Source: an uncultured Wocania sp.
GTDB lineage: Bacteria; Bacteroidota; Bacteroidia; Flavobacteriales; Flavobacteriaceae
Assembly: GCF_964021735.1 (NCBI RefSeq)
Contig: NZ_CAXIBN010000001.1
Location: forward strand, 5-64,004
DNA: 64,000 nt
Reading direction: 5' to 3'
The position numbers and the translations under genes were made by a program. The notes under the pieces were generated by a model that saw only the letters and a list, made by a program, of their open reading frames with translations, had not been told where the DNA came from and did no database searches. Shown piece after piece: positions 62,625 to 64,000 of the stretch (position 1 is the first letter of the stretch; the number at the start of each line of letters is the position of its first letter).

Positions 62625-63503
62625 CTAGTTTGAATGTCTTTCTCTTGCTAATAATGTGTTTTTAAGTAACATGGCAATCGTCATTGGTCCAACACCACCA
62701 GGAACAGGAGTAATATAACTAGCCTTTTTACTTACACTTTCAAAATCCACATCACCTGCCAATCTATACCCATTTTTCTTGGTTGCATCGGGAACACGAG
62801 TAATTCCTACATCAATAATTACAACATCTTCTTTTACCATGTCTCCGGTTAAAAACTCTGAAATTCCAATGGCAGCAACAATTATATCAGCTTCTCTAGT
62901 TATTTCTGATAAGTTTTTTGAACGGCTATGAACAACCGTTACAGTTGCATCACCTGCCTTTCGTTTCTGGCTCATCAATATACTCATTGGACGACCAACA
63001 ATGTGGCTACGCCCCATCACAACAACATTTTTTCCAGAAGTTTCTATTTGATAACGCTCCAACAATTCCATAATACCGTATGGAGTAGCTGGCAAAAATG
63101 TTGGTAAATCTAAAGCCATTCTTCCAACATTTACGGGATGAAATCCATCTACATCCTTATCTGGATTAACAGCCATTAAAACCTTTTGCTCATCAATTTG
63201 TTCTGGTAAAGGTAATTGTACTATAAATCCATCAATATCATCATTTGTGTTTAATTCGTTAATCTTTTCTAGCAAATCTTCTTCTGAAGTGTATTCGGGC
63301 AATTCAATAAGCGTAGAGTTAAACCCAACAAGTTTACAGGCTTTTACTTTAGCATTAACGTAAGTCATGCTTGCTCCATCAGAACCTACCAAAATTGCAG
63401 CAAGATGTGGTACTCTTTCCCCTTTTGAAACCATAGAGCTAACATGATTAGCTATTTCTTCTTTAATCTCATTGCTCGTTTTTTTTCCGTCTAAAATTGT
63501 CAT
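62625..63503 (-). CDS. folD: bifunctional methylene-THF dehydrogenase / methenyl-THF cyclohydrolase
   Basis: '[10 protein letters not shown]', 'DVDGFHP', '[12 protein letters not shown]', '[10 protein letters not shown]'. Confidence 0.95.
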   Translation of the reverse strand: MTILDGKKTSNEIKEEIANHVSSMVSKGERVPHLAAILVGSDGASMTYVNAKVKACKLVGFNSTLIELPEYTSEEDLLEKINELNTNDDIDGFIVQLPLPEQIDEQKVLMAVNPDKDVDGFHPVNVGRMALDLPTFLPATPYGIMELLERYQIETSGKNVVVMGRSHIVGRPMSILMSQKRKAGDATVTVVHSRSKNLSEITREADIIVAAIGISEFLTGDMVKEDVVIIDVGITRVPDATKKNGYRLAGDVDFESVSKKASYITPVPGGVGPMTIAMLLKNTLLARERHSN

Positions 63504-63510
63504 ACTAAAT

Positions 63511-63536
63511 AGTTTTCAGTCGCAGTTTTCAGTCGC
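63511..63536. repeat. tandem 13-mer (agttttcagtcgc x2), left flank of the four-helix-bundle gene
   Basis: Perfect direct duplication, with a partial third copy 'agttttcagt' at 63573-63582. Confidence 0.8.
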
Positions 63537-63632
63537 AGCTCTTACTCTGCTGACTTACTCATACTTATAATTAGTTTTCAGTTTTTACTCTAAATTTATC
63601 TGGGTTGTTAATCATATAATTTATTAGCTTCC

Positions 63633-63944
63633 CTATTTCTTTACTTTTTCTATGCATTTTGCGTAATCTCCAGACGAAATATAGTTACAAGCCAATGCAA
63701 AATCTAGCCATGTGTTAGTTTCAGAGTTTTCTCCATCTGCATCAGTCAATTTACTAATAAAATGTTTTGGATACCTTCTTTTCCGATAAGCTTCCGAGAT
63801 ATTTGCACATACTGAACGTGAACTTCTTCTTATTTGATCTGTTAAAGAATAGGTTTCTTCTTTTGGAAAGGATTTCGATATTTCAAAAATATCCATTGCT
63901 AAATCAAATGCCTTTTTGTAAGCCAATAATTGTTTAAAATCCAT
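63633..63944 (-). CDS. four-helix-bundle protein (23S rRNA intervening-sequence protein / Avd family)
   Basis: 103 aa. 'AYKKAFDLAMDIFEISKSFPKEETYSLTDQIRRSSRSVCANISEAY' is the family hallmark. Confidence 0.85.
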   Translation of the reverse strand: MDFKQLLAYKKAFDLAMDIFEISKSFPKEETYSLTDQIRRSSRSVCANISEAYRKRRYPKHFISKLTDADGENSETNTWLDFALACNYISSGDYAKCIEKVKK

Positions 63945-63953
63945 ATTTCTTTT

Positions 63954-63976
63954 AACTGCAAACTGAGACTGAGACT
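63954..63976. repeat. CAGT/ACTG-rich simple repeat (actgag x2.5), right flank of the four-helix-bundle gene
   Basis: aactgcaaactgagactgagact. Its reverse complement matches the left-flank repeat at 15 of 18 positions. Confidence 0.7.
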
Positions 63977-64000
63977 ATAAACTAGCGCATATTCTTCATC

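Noticed and set aside
63633-63944. Four-helix-bundle gene as part of a diversity-generating retroelement (Avd)
   Set aside because: No reverse transcriptase ORF and no template/variable repeat pair are visible anywhere in the window.

Overview
AT-rich chromosomal segment that looks like Bacteroidota, class Flavobacteriia. Supporting signs are TAnnTTTG-type -7 promoter boxes, a GldI-like lipoprotein, a fused SecDF, a DUF1573 protein, and an ECF-sigma/FecR/TonB-receptor cassette with STN and CarboxypepD_reg domains. I support about 63 protein-coding genes and many rho-independent terminators. By eye I saw no rRNA, tRNA, CRISPR array, transposase or integrase. Most of the window is housekeeping: ndk, nrnA-like, lgt, pyrE, birA, rsfS, ftsH, cdsA, psd, valS, murB, aqpZ, lipA, gap, lpxK, msrA, secDF, mdh, gyrB, asnB, queE, folD. 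The one clearly accessory block lies between mdh and gyrB (about 41.1-49.9 kb) and encodes only envelope or secreted proteins. It holds an ECF sigma factor, a FecR anti-sigma and a TonB-dependent receptor on the minus strand. Diverging from these are an unannotated 42-codon hydrophobic ORF, an internally repetitive lipoprotein, an HExxH/CX4CXM metalloprotease lipoprotein, a small OM beta-barrel and a His/Tyr/Cys-rich secreted protein. The strongest signal is a 27-nt bipartite element, AGGGTAAA-N10-GGTGTCTTA. It occurs four times in this block (three perfect, one degenerate), each copy intergenic and pointing at a downstream ORF. I read it as the cognate promoter of the local ECF sigma, tying these uncharacterised genes into one candidate surface-signalling regulon. 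Other points of note: a tandem triplication of a cold-shock gene cassette; a four-helix-bundle (23S rRNA IVS/Avd family) gene bracketed by CAGT-rich imperfect inverted repeats; a repeat-like non-coding stretch at the left edge; a COG1579-type protein that has lost all four zinc-ribbon cysteines; a GT2-sigma-NRAMP operon with overlapping reading frames and no anti-sigma; and a C1q-like secreted protein. All calls come from reading the sequence and the ORF translations; no database search was possible.
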